A DNA stretch of 64,000 bases from an uncultured Methanoregulaceae archaeon. Its GTDB lineage: Archaea; Halobacteriota; Methanomicrobia; Methanomicrobiales; Methanospirillaceae. The notes under the pieces are model-generated. The model saw only the letters and a program-made list of their open reading frames with translations. It was not told where the DNA came from and did not search any database. The stretch spans positions 1,056,001-1,120,000 of the forward strand of contig CAVTTL010000001.1 of the NCBI GenBank assembly GCA_963737635.1, in the 5' to 3' direction. Shown piece after piece: positions 8,518 through 17,322 of this stretch (position 1 is its first letter; each line of letters begins with the position of its first letter). The translations under genes and the position numbers were made by a program.

Positions 8518-9536
8518 TATACATCCTGTTCTAAGTTCTCTTCTTCAGATTCCCAATTCTCACCTAAATATGGATTAGGGAGCTCTAACCTTAAAATTAT
8601 TTCCTTACATATATTAATCTGTTCGGAGTCCCTGAATAAGCCTTCTAATTCTCTTTTTGTGAAACGGGTGTTTTTCGTAGACTCTACAATAAATATTGCC
8701 TTTGGGTGGTGGTTTTCTCCTATCCTATAACCATAAATTAGTGGGGGTTTCATTGAAAATAACTCAGCCACTTCACGAGGAATATGCTCTAAAGTCTCTA
8801 ATGCAGTATAATATTCCTCTAAGGCTCGAATGGGATCTGGGTAAATTTTAAAGTATTCACCATCATTCCAAGCATGGCTTATTGCTCCCTGATCTGGGGG
8901 GTACTGATGTCTACGTACTGCATTATAGATAGGATTCGCTGAATATCGAGCGATAGGAAAGAATCCCGCTTCATCAAATACGTATAAGCTTATACGATCT
9001 GTTTTGTGAGTTGCGCCACCAAAATCGAGAATGCAATCTCCAATGTACCTATTTAGAAATTCAACAATTTCTTTGATGGTGTCCTGATGGAGTTCATCTT
9101 CTCCAGTAAGTCCATCAACCTGATCTTTTAAGTCTTGGTTTTCCTTTATTACATCCTTAAGTCTTTTTTTGTGCTTGTATGACAACCATACAATTGCAAG
9201 AGATAATACGATTAGAATAATGCCGCCAATTGCAATTTCAATATTAAAAACCGATGAAGTTGCCTTTGTAATGTCTGCCTTTGAGATATCTCTTATTAAG
9301 TCATAAAATATCGAGGAGAATACCGAGAAATAGATTCCGGTAATCGACGAAACTATTAGGACGGGTATTTCAGAATAATCCGTGAGCCATTCTTCGATTA
9401 TTTTGATGTATTTCCAAACCATTTTTGAGGTTGTCCATATTTTTAAATTATATCGCAAATCTGAGTAGCTGTTGGGAATATAAAAAGAAAATGTATTGAA
9501 ATCGGTTTCATATTGTATTAAAACACAATCGGTCAT
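8517..9536 (-). CDS. Two-TM membrane protein with coiled coil and C-terminal GAF-like domain
   Basis: Two hydrophobic helices, then DRISLYVFD..FPIARYS..YPPDQGAISHAW; stop overlaps start of the Panacea gene; true start may be 9422. Confidence 0.65.
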   Translation of the reverse strand: MTDCVLIQYETDFNTFSFYIPNSYSDLRYNLKIWTTSKMVWKYIKIIEEWLTDYSEIPVLIVSSITGIYFSVFSSIFYDLIRDISKADITKATSSVFNIEIAIGGIILIVLSLAIVWLSYKHKKRLKDVIKENQDLKDQVDGLTGEDELHQDTIKEIVEFLNRYIGDCILDFGGATHKTDRISLYVFDEAGFFPIARYSANPIYNAVRRHQYPPDQGAISHAWNDGEYFKIYPDPIRALEEYYTALETLEHIPREVAELFSMKPPLIYGYRIGENHHPKAIFIVESTKNTRFTKRELEGLFRDSEQINICKEIILRLELPNPYLGENWESEEENLEQDV

Positions 9537-9580
9537 TCATAGCACCATCAAAAAAGTGCATTGTTGCCTTGATCGCGCGA

Positions 9581-9642
9581 AACCAACCGCGATGCACCAG
9601 TACAGGTGAAATGCACCAAACAACCGACAACGCACCAGCACC
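9581..9642 (-). repeat. Right terminal inverted repeat and internal repeats of element B
   Basis: rc reads GGTGCTGGTGCGTTGTCGGTTG..TGGTGCAT..TGGTGCATCGCGGTTGG. Confidence 0.8.
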
Positions 9643-9650
9643 CCTCTAGA
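9643..9650. repeat. 8-bp target site duplication, right copy (CCTCTAGA)
   Basis: Identical to 4405-4412. Confidence 0.85.
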
Positions 9651-9664
9651 GAACCATTATATAG
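9650..9664 (+). promoter_or_regulatory. Putative BRE/TATA of the thermosome gene
   Basis: AGAACCA-TTATATAG ending 40 nt before ATG 9704; GGTGA SD-like motif before the start. Confidence 0.6.
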
Positions 9665-9703
9665 AACCACAAACCAATTTTAGTGCTAAAAGTGGTGAAT
9701 TTT

Positions 9704-11359
9704 ATGTCGCAACAACTTGGAGGACAACCAATTCTTATTCTTAAGGAAGGTACCAACCGTACCCGAGGCCGTGACGCCCAGGGTATGAACATCACCGCTG
9801 CAATGGCTGTTGCCAGTGCAGTAAGGACCACGCTCGGCCCCAAGGGTATGGACAAGATGCTTGTCGATACCATCGGCGATGTCGTGATTACGAATGATGG
9901 TGTCACCATCCTCAAGGAAATGGACATCGAGCACCCGGCCGCAAAGATGATGGTCGAGGTCGCAAAGACCCAGGATGACGAGGTCGGCGACGGAACTACC
10001 ACTGCAGTCGTTATCGGTGGGGAACTCTTAAAGAAGGCCGAGGCACTCCTTGAACAGGACGTACACCCGACGGTTATCGCCCACGGCTACCGTATGGCGG
10101 CTGAGAAGGCGCAGGCGCTGCTCAAAGACATCGCGTTCGATGTCAAGTCCACCGACAAGGCACTCTTAAAGAACATCGCCGGCACCGCAATGACCGGCAA
10201 GGGCGCTGAGGCAAGCAAGGACAAGCTCTGTGACCTCGTGGTCAGGGCCGTCACCATGGTGACTGATGCTGACGGGACTGTCGATATCGACAACATCAAG
10301 GTCGAGAAGAAGACCGGCGGCAGCATCGAGGACTCCGAGATTGTTGAAGGAGTTCTCATCGACAAGGAGCGCGTGCACCCGTCAATGCCAAAGAAGGTCA
10401 CCAACGCAAAGATCCTTCTTCTCAACGCAGCGGTCGAGTTCAAGAAGACCGAAGTCGACGCTGAGATCAATATAACCCACCCCGAGCAGTTACAGGCATT
10501 CCTCGACGAAGAGGAGCGCATGGTCAAGAATATTGTCGAAAAGATTGTCAAAAGCGGTGCAAACGTCCTCTTCTGCCAGAAGGGTATCGACGACATCGCA
10601 CAGCACTACCTTGCAAAGGCCGGTATCTTCGCCGTCCGCCGTGTCAAGAAGAGCGACATGGAGAAGCTTGCCCGGGCAACCGGTGGCAGCCTCGTTTCAA
10701 GCATTGATGCGATCGGCAAGGAAGAACTCGGTCATGCCGGTGTTATCGAAGAGCGCAAGGTCTCCGGAGAGGAGATGACCTTTGTCGAGCAGTGCAAGAA
10801 CCCGAAATCGGTCTCCATCATTGTCAAGGGCGGCACTGAGCATGTTGTCGACGAGCTCGAGCGCGCCATCCACGACGCACTCCGCGTTGTCGGCGTCGTT
10901 GTTGAGGACAAGAAGGTCGTCGCCGGCGGCGGTGCACCCGAGACCGAGCTCTCGCTCCGGCTCCGCGAGTACGCGGCAACGGTCGGTGGCAAGGAACAGC
11001 TCGCCATCGAGGCATTTGCAGTCGCGCTCGAGATCATCCCGCGAACCCTTGCAGAGAACGCAGGTCTCGATCCCATTGACATGCTGGTAGAGATCCGCTC
11101 AACCCATGAGAAGGGCAAGAAGAACTACGGTCTCAATGTCTTCGAAGGAAAAGCAGTCGATATGAAGGCAGCCGGTGTTGTTGAGCCCCTCCGTGTCAAG
11201 ACCCAGGCAATCTCCTCAGCTGCAGAAGCCGCGATCATGATCCTCCGCATTGACGACGTGATCGCCTCTTCCAAGTCCCCCTCTCCGGCACCCGGTGCCG
11301 GTGGCATGCCGCCTGGAATGGGTGGCATGGGCGGAATGGGTGGCATGGGCGACTACTAA
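9704..11359 (+). CDS. thsA: Thermosome (group II chaperonin) subunit
   Basis: [19 protein letters not shown]-terminal GGM repeats. Confidence 0.97.
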   Translation: MSQQLGGQPILILKEGTNRTRGRDAQGMNITAAMAVASAVRTTLGPKGMDKMLVDTIGDVVITNDGVTILKEMDIEHPAAKMMVEVAKTQDDEVGDGTTTAVVIGGELLKKAEALLEQDVHPTVIAHGYRMAAEKAQALLKDIAFDVKSTDKALLKNIAGTAMTGKGAEASKDKLCDLVVRAVTMVTDADGTVDIDNIKVEKKTGGSIEDSEIVEGVLIDKERVHPSMPKKVTNAKILLLNAAVEFKKTEVDAEINITHPEQLQAFLDEEERMVKNIVEKIVKSGANVLFCQKGIDDIAQHYLAKAGIFAVRRVKKSDMEKLARATGGSLVSSIDAIGKEELGHAGVIEERKVSGEEMTFVEQCKNPKSVSIIVKGGTEHVVDELERAIHDALRVVGVVVEDKKVVAGGGAPETELSLRLREYAATVGGKEQLAIEAFAVALEIIPRTLAENAGLDPIDMLVEIRSTHEKGKKNYGLNVFEGKAVDMKAAGVVEPLRVKTQAISSAAEAAIMILRIDDVIASSKSPSPAPGAGGMPPGMGGMGGMGGMGDY

Positions 11360-11600
11360 CCCCTTTTAAAATCTCCCCTTTTTTAGTGTGGCGTTCTTCA
11401 TTGTTTCCCATGCGGGAATCGTGCATTTCACGAGGCTGTCACGTAATAGTGCCTTGTTGTTCCTTTTGAAGCAATAACAGCAGAAAAGTAACATCCGGAG
11501 TTACAACAAAGCCCGGATAAAAACGATCTTCGGGGTTTTATGGCTCGCTAAAAGTACTGCCACAGCGGATAAAATCCAAAAAGAAGAGAATTTGAGGGAA

Positions 11601-12161
11601 TTAATATGAGGCTGAGTTGGGGTTTGCCTGGACGATGATGGTTCCCGTGATGTTTGATTTATCCAATTGGTAAACAATTGTACCTGTCTGTTGTACGGTG
11701 AATGTATAGGTGAACCCCCCGGTCGGGACAATTGCACCGGAATTGAACACGCCACTGTAATTCCCGATCGTCATGATCGAGTGAGAGACGTTGTCATTGT
11801 TCACAAAGGTGATGCCGGTGCCGGGAAGGACACTGTCTACCAGGGGAGTGAAACCGGTGCTGGTGATGTGGACGGTGGTTACTTCGGATGCCGAAGTGGG
11901 TGTAGCCGCGGTTGCCACAGTAGTTACTACGGCAGTGACATTTGCTGCCGGTGCCGTCGTTACATTAGCAACCATCGTCACGTTGGTGACCGGTACCGTG
12001 GTTGCCACCGTAGTTGGAACAGAAGTGGCGACCGTGGTAACTACGGTAGTTGGGGCAGGTGTTTGCGTTGTAGTCTGTACTGAAGACGATGCGGGCTGAG
12101 TGCACCCGGTGACAGCCACCAGTGCAACAAGAAGGATAATAAATCCCATGAGCAGTTTCAT
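11601..12161 (-). CDS. Secreted lipoprotein with Thr-rich linker and cupredoxin-like domain
   Basis: Lipobox VTGC, T/V-rich stalk, FTP..GTGITFVNND..HSI..FNSGAI..FTYTF. Confidence 0.75.
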   Translation of the reverse strand: MKLLMGFIILLVALVAVTGCTQPASSSVQTTTQTPAPTTVVTTVATSVPTTVATTVPVTNVTMVANVTTAPAANVTAVVTTVATAATPTSASEVTTVHITSTGFTPLVDSVLPGTGITFVNNDNVSHSIMTIGNYSGVFNSGAIVPTGGFTYTFTVQQTGTIVYQLDKSNITGTIIVQANPNSASY

Positions 12162-12350
12162 ATGGTGTACTCATGAACCCTTTATATTTTAATAAATTTG
12201 CTTTTTGAGGCAGAATCCTCTCGCAAAACCCAAACCGAACCTGAATTTTTATCCATACATTATACCGCCAGCGTAAACTCGCGATCTTCCAGCCCCTCCA
12301 CGATCCAGCTGCGACAGGTTAATGATGCCCCGGATGCACAACACTCCAGC

Positions 12351-12752
12351 ATGGACGACAAATTCATCAGCACGGATTACCGCACCGATTGTTACCACTG
12401 CCGGCAAATGGCAGACCAGCATATTCATGTTATGCCCAACCGGACTGATGTTACCTGTGGAAACTGCGGTGCCACCCGGGTCTTTATACCCCTCAATGAA
12501 GACGTGGACAAAGAGGGTGTTTTTGCAAAACCCGGGCACTGGCCGGTCTGGTCTCTTGCGCCGCAGGCCGTGTGCCGGAACTGCGGTGTCGACGGACTTC
12601 ACGATCTGACGGTCAGCTGCCGCACTATAACGGTACGGTGCCGGAACTGCCGGTTCACCCACCTGTATCGGTTTAATCTCGAATACATGGCCGGGGACGC
12701 ACCGGATGACAAACCGGCTGATGTCGTCTCCGGTCATGCTACCTGTCCGTAA
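12351..12752 (+). CDS. Hypothetical protein with four CxxC motifs (two Zn-ribbon-like repeats)
   Basis: CYHC..CGNC and CRNC..CRNC with similar spacing. Confidence 0.7.
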   Translation: MDDKFISTDYRTDCYHCRQMADQHIHVMPNRTDVTCGNCGATRVFIPLNEDVDKEGVFAKPGHWPVWSLAPQAVCRNCGVDGLHDLTVSCRTITVRCRNCRFTHLYRFNLEYMAGDAPDDKPADVVSGHATCP

Positions 12753-12776
12753 CGGAGCGGTAAGAAAAGAAGATTC

Positions 12777-13499
12777 TTACGCACAGTTCACGCACTCAAG
12801 GGCCGGGTACGTGTCTGCGTAACATTCAATGATATCGTTAAGCTTGGCTGAAAGTTTCTGGTTTTTGGTAAGGATGAAAAAGACCACTTCGGTGTCGGTG
12901 ATAACGGCAGGAGTCATGCTAGTCCATTTTTCCAGCTCACCGGATATATTCCTGATAAAGTCCTCACGTTTTCCCCGGGGGAAATGCTGGTAGATCATCA
13001 GGAGCGAACCGGGGTCCATCCGGTTGCAGACCATTTTTATCTCCGAATAGAGCAGGTGTTTGCTGTCCGGGCTGTCGGTTCTGAGGCCGGTATCCGGATC
13101 GATGAAGATCAGGGAATTCGCGGGGAATTTATGGAACACGGACCGGAAATAGGTGTCCCGGTCATGGTTCGTGAACCTCTGCTTACCGGGGATGTCAATC
13201 AGGATCGTTTCATTCTCGAAATAGGTCGAGACACCGTTGATATACTCAAGATCGTTATCGATCTCCTGGAGCCTTGCGAGGTGTTCCCGGAGTTCCCGGT
13301 TCTGGCTGCCGGCTTTTCCGGATCGATACGCATCTTCAAGATCTTTTTGTGCCGCACGTTTCCGGTGTGCTTTTGCCTCAGTTCCGGTCAGCATCGGGAC
13401 AAAGGTAAAACCTGCAACTTCGGGCAGGGATTTCATGATATGCCGAACCAGATCGAATTTGAAGAGATCCCGGGTATCTCCAAAGTTCCTGCCGTTCAA
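12777..13499 (-). CDS. Conserved hypothetical protein, possible Rossmann methyltransferase-like fold
   Basis: FGDTRDLFKF..LIFIDPDTGL..LLMIYQHF; TTG start. Confidence 0.65.
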   Translation of the reverse strand: MNGRNFGDTRDLFKFDLVRHIMKSLPEVAGFTFVPMLTGTEAKAHRKRAAQKDLEDAYRSGKAGSQNRELREHLARLQEIDNDLEYINGVSTYFENETILIDIPGKQRFTNHDRDTYFRSVFHKFPANSLIFIDPDTGLRTDSPDSKHLLYSEIKMVCNRMDPGSLLMIYQHFPRGKREDFIRNISGELEKWTSMTPAVITDTEVVFFILTKNQKLSAKLNDIIECYADTYPALECVNCA

Positions 13500-13678
13500 A
13501 GATATAATCCCCCTTGCAACCGTATATTAAGGCAATATATAAAAAAGGTTGCGAATTGTACCTGGCATCCGGAAGATCGTTTCTCTCACCGCCTGAATGC
13601 GGGCAACAGTTACGTCTTCCAGTAGAAGAAAAAAGAACGATAAGAAGAGGAAAGCGAAATCTAAAAATATACGGGGAG

Positions 13679-13939
13679 TTATTTTTCTTCCCGCACCATG
13701 GTGATGGCTTTTTTGGGGCACTCGTTGGCACAGATGCCACAGCCCTTGCAGAACCTGAGATCAACAGTAAGTTCCTCATCGATCGCGTTGTCGGGGCAGT
13801 ACATCGAACAGAGTCCGCACGCGTTGCATTTCTCCTTGTCAACGACGGGCCTGAACACCCGCCACGACCCGGTCTGCCCGGCGGCTCCCTCGGTTGGCCG
13901 GCTCACCGCCAGTCTCTCGCGTTTTGCGCTGCTGCTCAT
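13679..13939 (-). CDS. porD: Pyruvate/2-oxoacid:ferredoxin oxidoreductase delta subunit
   Basis: TGSWRVFRPVVD, two CxxCxxCxxxCP motifs. Confidence 0.9.
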   Translation of the reverse strand: MSSSAKRERLAVSRPTEGAAGQTGSWRVFRPVVDKEKCNACGLCSMYCPDNAIDEELTVDLRFCKGCGICANECPKKAITMVREEK

Positions 13940-14463
13940 GCGCTCATCTCCTTATACGCTGCATCCGCAGCCTTGACATTGCGTTCATCGGTAAACATCC
14001 CCCGTATTGCTGTCTTTGCCGATTCCGGCGAGATGATACCCATCTTTGCTAGTGCCCCAAGCACCGGTGTATTGAGGATGGGGCTTCCCGCGACCACGAG
14101 TTTTTCCCTAAGGGCGATTCCCGTCAGGTCGACGTTGAACGTGGTACATCCAGCAAACTCCGGGTTGTGGGCGCTGTTGATGAGTACCCGGCCGCCTTTT
14201 TTTAAGCCGTGCAGGACATCAACCGTCTCCATCACGCTTGCATCGAGCACCACCACAAGGTCCGGATCCCGGATCTGGCTGTAAACTTTGATGGGACGGT
14301 CATCGATCCGGACAAATGAGACGACCGGAGCCCCCCGGCGCTCTGCACCATAGAAGGGGCAGGCAGTTGCATACTTGCCGTCGTGGAGTGCAGCCGTTGC
14401 GAGGAGCCGGGCAGCAGTCACGCCACCTTGTCCGCCCCGGGAATGGATCCTGACCTCAAACAT
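13936..14463 (-). CDS. porC: Pyruvate/2-oxoacid:ferredoxin oxidoreductase gamma subunit
   Basis: EVRIHSRGGQGGVTAA, YGAERRGAPV. Confidence 0.9.
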   Translation of the reverse strand: MFEVRIHSRGGQGGVTAARLLATAALHDGKYATACPFYGAERRGAPVVSFVRIDDRPIKVYSQIRDPDLVVVLDASVMETVDVLHGLKKGGRVLINSAHNPEFAGCTTFNVDLTGIALREKLVVAGSPILNTPVLGALAKMGIISPESAKTAIRGMFTDERNVKAADAAYKEMSA

Positions 14464-15568
14464 GGTCGTTCACTCCGAACCAGAACTCTTCTCCCATACG
14501 GCGCTCCCGGACAAAATCTGCCATGTCGTCGTAGGTCACTTCCTGCCCGCCGAGACCGGCGATTACGCTGTAAACCTCGCACTGGTTCTTTGCCATGATC
14601 TCGTGGGCAACAACACCGCCATAGCCAAACGAGTAGTCCCGGTCGATGACTACGACTTCTTTCCCGGCAAGGTCGAGCTGTGGGAACGGGCGGAACCAGC
14701 GCAGGCGCATTGAGCCGGCCTTTACGCCCTCTTTTCGCAGGATGTCTATGGTAACCTCAGCCTCTTTCCCGAGCGTGCCCATGGCAATAAGGATAACGTC
14801 AGCGTCCTCGCACCGGTAATCTTCGGTCGGGCCGTAGCTGCGGCCGAACCGGCCTGCAAAGTCCTTTTCGGTTGCTGCGATCACCTTGACCGAATCGCGC
14901 ATCGAGCGTTCGATCTCCCACCTGAACCGGAAGTGCTGTTCTGGCCCGGTAAGCCCGCCATACCCGGCCGGGTTCTTCGTATCGATGGCATGGGGCAGGT
15001 GAAGCGGCGGGATGAAGTCCCCGGGCTCCACGGTGTCCAGCGGCTGCATGATATGGGAGAGAGAGAACCCGTCGAGGTTGACCATCACCGGCAGCAAAAC
15101 ATCGTTGTGCTCGGCGATCCGGAACGCCATCAAGGTAGTATCATACGCTTCCTGCACGGTCGAGACATATACCTGGAGCCAGCCGGTATCGCGTTCCTGC
15201 ATTGCGTCAGTATGTTCTGCCCAGATGTTCCATCCGGGGCCAAGCGAGCGGTTCACGTTTGCCATTACGATCGGGAGGCGCGCTCCTGCGGCCCAGTTGG
15301 TCATCTCGTGCATGTAGAGCAGGCCGTGGGCGCTTGTCGCGGTAAACGTCCGCACGCCCGTAATGCTGGCACCGATACAGGCAGCCATTGCGGAATGCTC
15401 GCTCTCGACCGGGATGTAGCGGCTCTTCATCTGGCCGCTCGTTACGTAGTCTGCGATGGTCTCCACGATCTCGGTCTGGGGCGTGATGGGATAGGCCGCC
15501 ACCACGACGGGTAGCGCCTGTTTGGCCGCCTCGGCAATAGCCTTATTTCCGGTCGCGATCTTTCTCAT
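14456..15568 (-). CDS. porA: Pyruvate/2-oxoacid:ferredoxin oxidoreductase alpha subunit
   Basis: AYPITPQTEI, VESEHSAM, TATSAHGLLYM. Confidence 0.92.
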   Translation of the reverse strand: MRKIATGNKAIAEAAKQALPVVVAAYPITPQTEIVETIADYVTSGQMKSRYIPVESEHSAMAACIGASITGVRTFTATSAHGLLYMHEMTNWAAGARLPIVMANVNRSLGPGWNIWAEHTDAMQERDTGWLQVYVSTVQEAYDTTLMAFRIAEHNDVLLPVMVNLDGFSLSHIMQPLDTVEPGDFIPPLHLPHAIDTKNPAGYGGLTGPEQHFRFRWEIERSMRDSVKVIAATEKDFAGRFGRSYGPTEDYRCEDADVILIAMGTLGKEAEVTIDILRKEGVKAGSMRLRWFRPFPQLDLAGKEVVVIDRDYSFGYGGVVAHEIMAKNQCEVYSVIAGLGGQEVTYDDMADFVRERRMGEEFWFGVNDHV

Positions 15569-16449
15569 GGCTCTGCCTCCTCTGCGGCCAGTTTTTTGAG
15601 GTTTGCTGCGAGCTGCTGCCGGAGGATCTCAATTGTTTTTTTGTCAATGCCAGAGAACCGGCCCTGCGGGGCGAGGTATTCCTCGAGGGGGATCGGTTTT
15701 TTCATCGCTGCTTTCGAGGGTGCAGTAATGGAAAGTTTCCCGTTCTCGCGCTCGTAGAGCACCCACATGCCGGATTTGACCGCGAGTTTTCCTATCTCGA
15801 TTGTCCTCTCGGTCGGATAGCGCCACCCGGGCGGACAGGGCGCAAGGATATGGAGGAAGGTCGGGCCCCGGAACGTCAGGGCTTTGGCCACTTTTTTGTA
15901 GATGTCCTGGGGGTACGCACTGCAGGAAGTGGCCATGTATTCGAGGTGATGGGCGGCGGCAATTGCGTCGATGTCTTTCTTCCCCACCGTCTTTCCCGTT
16001 GGCGTGGTGGTGGTCTTTGCACCAAGAGGGGTCGCTCCCGAGCGTTGCATACCGGTATTCCCGTACGCCTCGTTGTCGTAGCAGATATAGAGGAAATCGG
16101 TGCCCCGTTCAAAGGCACCCGACATAGACTGGATGCCGATGTCGAGGGTCCCGCCATCACCGGCGTACACGATCACGTGGGTCCTTTTGCCAAGAGCCTG
16201 GAATGCTTCGGACATGCCTGATGCACAGGCAGCAGCTGCGGCAAATGCGACGTTATGGACAGGCACGTTCATCGCGGTATTGGGGTAGATCCCCTGGATG
16301 ACGCTCGTGCAGCACGCGGGAACAACAAGAACGGTATCCTGACCGGCAGCTTTTAACACGTAGCGCAGGATCAGCGACGAACTACACCCGGCGCAGGCAG
16401 ATGTGCATTTTTTTAAGTATTCTTCTTTTGGGATTTCAGCGATGATCAC
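15565..16449 (-). CDS. porB: Pyruvate/2-oxoacid:ferredoxin oxidoreductase beta subunit
   Basis: CAGC, GDGGTLDIG..DNEAYGNTGMQRS TPP motif; GTG start after GAGGAG. Confidence 0.92.
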   Translation of the reverse strand: MIIAEIPKEEYLKKCTSACAGCSSSLILRYVLKAAGQDTVLVVPACCTSVIQGIYPNTAMNVPVHNVAFAAAAACASGMSEAFQALGKRTHVIVYAGDGGTLDIGIQSMSGAFERGTDFLYICYDNEAYGNTGMQRSGATPLGAKTTTTPTGKTVGKKDIDAIAAAHHLEYMATSCSAYPQDIYKKVAKALTFRGPTFLHILAPCPPGWRYPTERTIEIGKLAVKSGMWVLYERENGKLSITAPSKAAMKKPIPLEEYLAPQGRFSGIDKKTIEILRQQLAANLKKLAAEEAEP

Positions 16450-16827
16450 CAACTCCTCTTGCCTAGCGTGATAAACGCGAAAAAGCGAATCTATCATTAT
16501 TTATCATTCTGGGTGCAAAAAAAGGAAGTCTGTTTTACTCGATGCCGGTCTGTGGATTCGGGATGGCGATCACTTTCGCACCGCCCGGTCAGGCCTTTAA
16601 ACAGTGCATTATGCAACTATGGTACAGGGAGGATCAAACCCCTAAAAGCACGTTCCCGGTGACCCGACCGGTATGTGGCTCCTCCCGGCCTCTCAAAAGA
16701 AAAACCCTTGAATGAAATCCCGGTTAGGACGCATAAGCGGACCCCTCTCATCCTGCTTGTGCCCCGACTCTTTTGTTTTTGACCTCCTTTCTTCGAAAAA
16801 GCAATATATTTTAGGAACATTTCTCTA

Positions 16828-17322
16828 ATGTCTGCTATGGCTCTTCGATCCCTCAATCTTCCCGGAGTCGGTACAAAATACGAATTTGAGACTGACAAAG
16901 GCGATACGGTTGCGATTTTTTTCACCAAGACCGGATCCATCCAGATGTATACCCTCCAGAAAGGCTGCCACACGCCGAGTGCGGCCGAGATGACGCCGGT
17001 GGAAGCGCGGAGGCTGGGAAACATCCTGACCGGGGCAATTATTGAGGCAGATCAGGAAAGCGTGGAGATCGCGTTCTCGGCGCTTGCCGATCTCCGGGTC
17101 ACCATTCACTCGTATATCATCCCCCGGGTTATTGCTGGAAAAACGATTGAAGATCTTCAGATCCGGGCAAAGACCGGGACTACCATTATCGCTGTCTCCA
17201 GGAATGACAGGAATATCATCAATCCCCCGCCATCGTTTGTCTTCGAGACAGGCGACGCGGTACTGGTGATTGGTGAATCAGACCAGCTCAAACTCTTCGA
17301 ACACGAAATCATGGTGGATTGA
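16828..17322 (+). CDS. K+/H+ antiporter regulatory subunit (KhtT-like, TrkA-C/RCK_C)
   Basis: LPGVGTKYEF..GKTIEDLQIRAKTGTTIIAVSR..INPPP. Confidence 0.88.
   Translation: MSAMALRSLNLPGVGTKYEFETDKGDTVAIFFTKTGSIQMYTLQKGCHTPSAAEMTPVEARRLGNILTGAIIEADQESVEIAFSALADLRVTIHSYIIPRVIAGKTIEDLQIRAKTGTTIIAVSRNDRNIINPPPSFVFETGDAVLVIGESDQLKLFEHEIMVD

Larger units (their letters stand above)
4413..9642. mobile_element. 5230-bp non-composite transposon (element B) with SWIM-IS6-like transposase and five passenger genes
   Basis: Left end GGTTCTGGTGCGTCTGCGGTTG vs right end (rc) GGTGCTGGTGCGTTGTCGGTTG, 18/22 identical; 8-bp flanking direct repeat; single DDE transposase; AT-rich cargo. Confidence 0.85.

Noticed and set aside
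4403-9651. 11-bp direct repeat CCCCTCTAGAG as an integrase att core
   Set aside because: No tyrosine or serine recombinase is present; an 8-bp duplication plus GG-starting inverted repeats fits the IS6-like transposase better, though 4- or 6-bp registers cannot be excluded
11296-11350. GGTGGCATG-type tandem repeats
   Set aside because: They encode the normal GGM tail of chaperonins
11430-11455. GAGGCTGTCACGTAATAGTGCC, resembling an IS/MITE end and the 3031-3047 motif
   Set aside because: Short partial match with no partner end or duplication
16500-16800. Long intergenic region before the K+ antiporter, checked for a c-di-AMP riboswitch or small ORF
   Set aside because: No recognisable ydaO consensus; the 56-aa plus-strand ORF has no family signal
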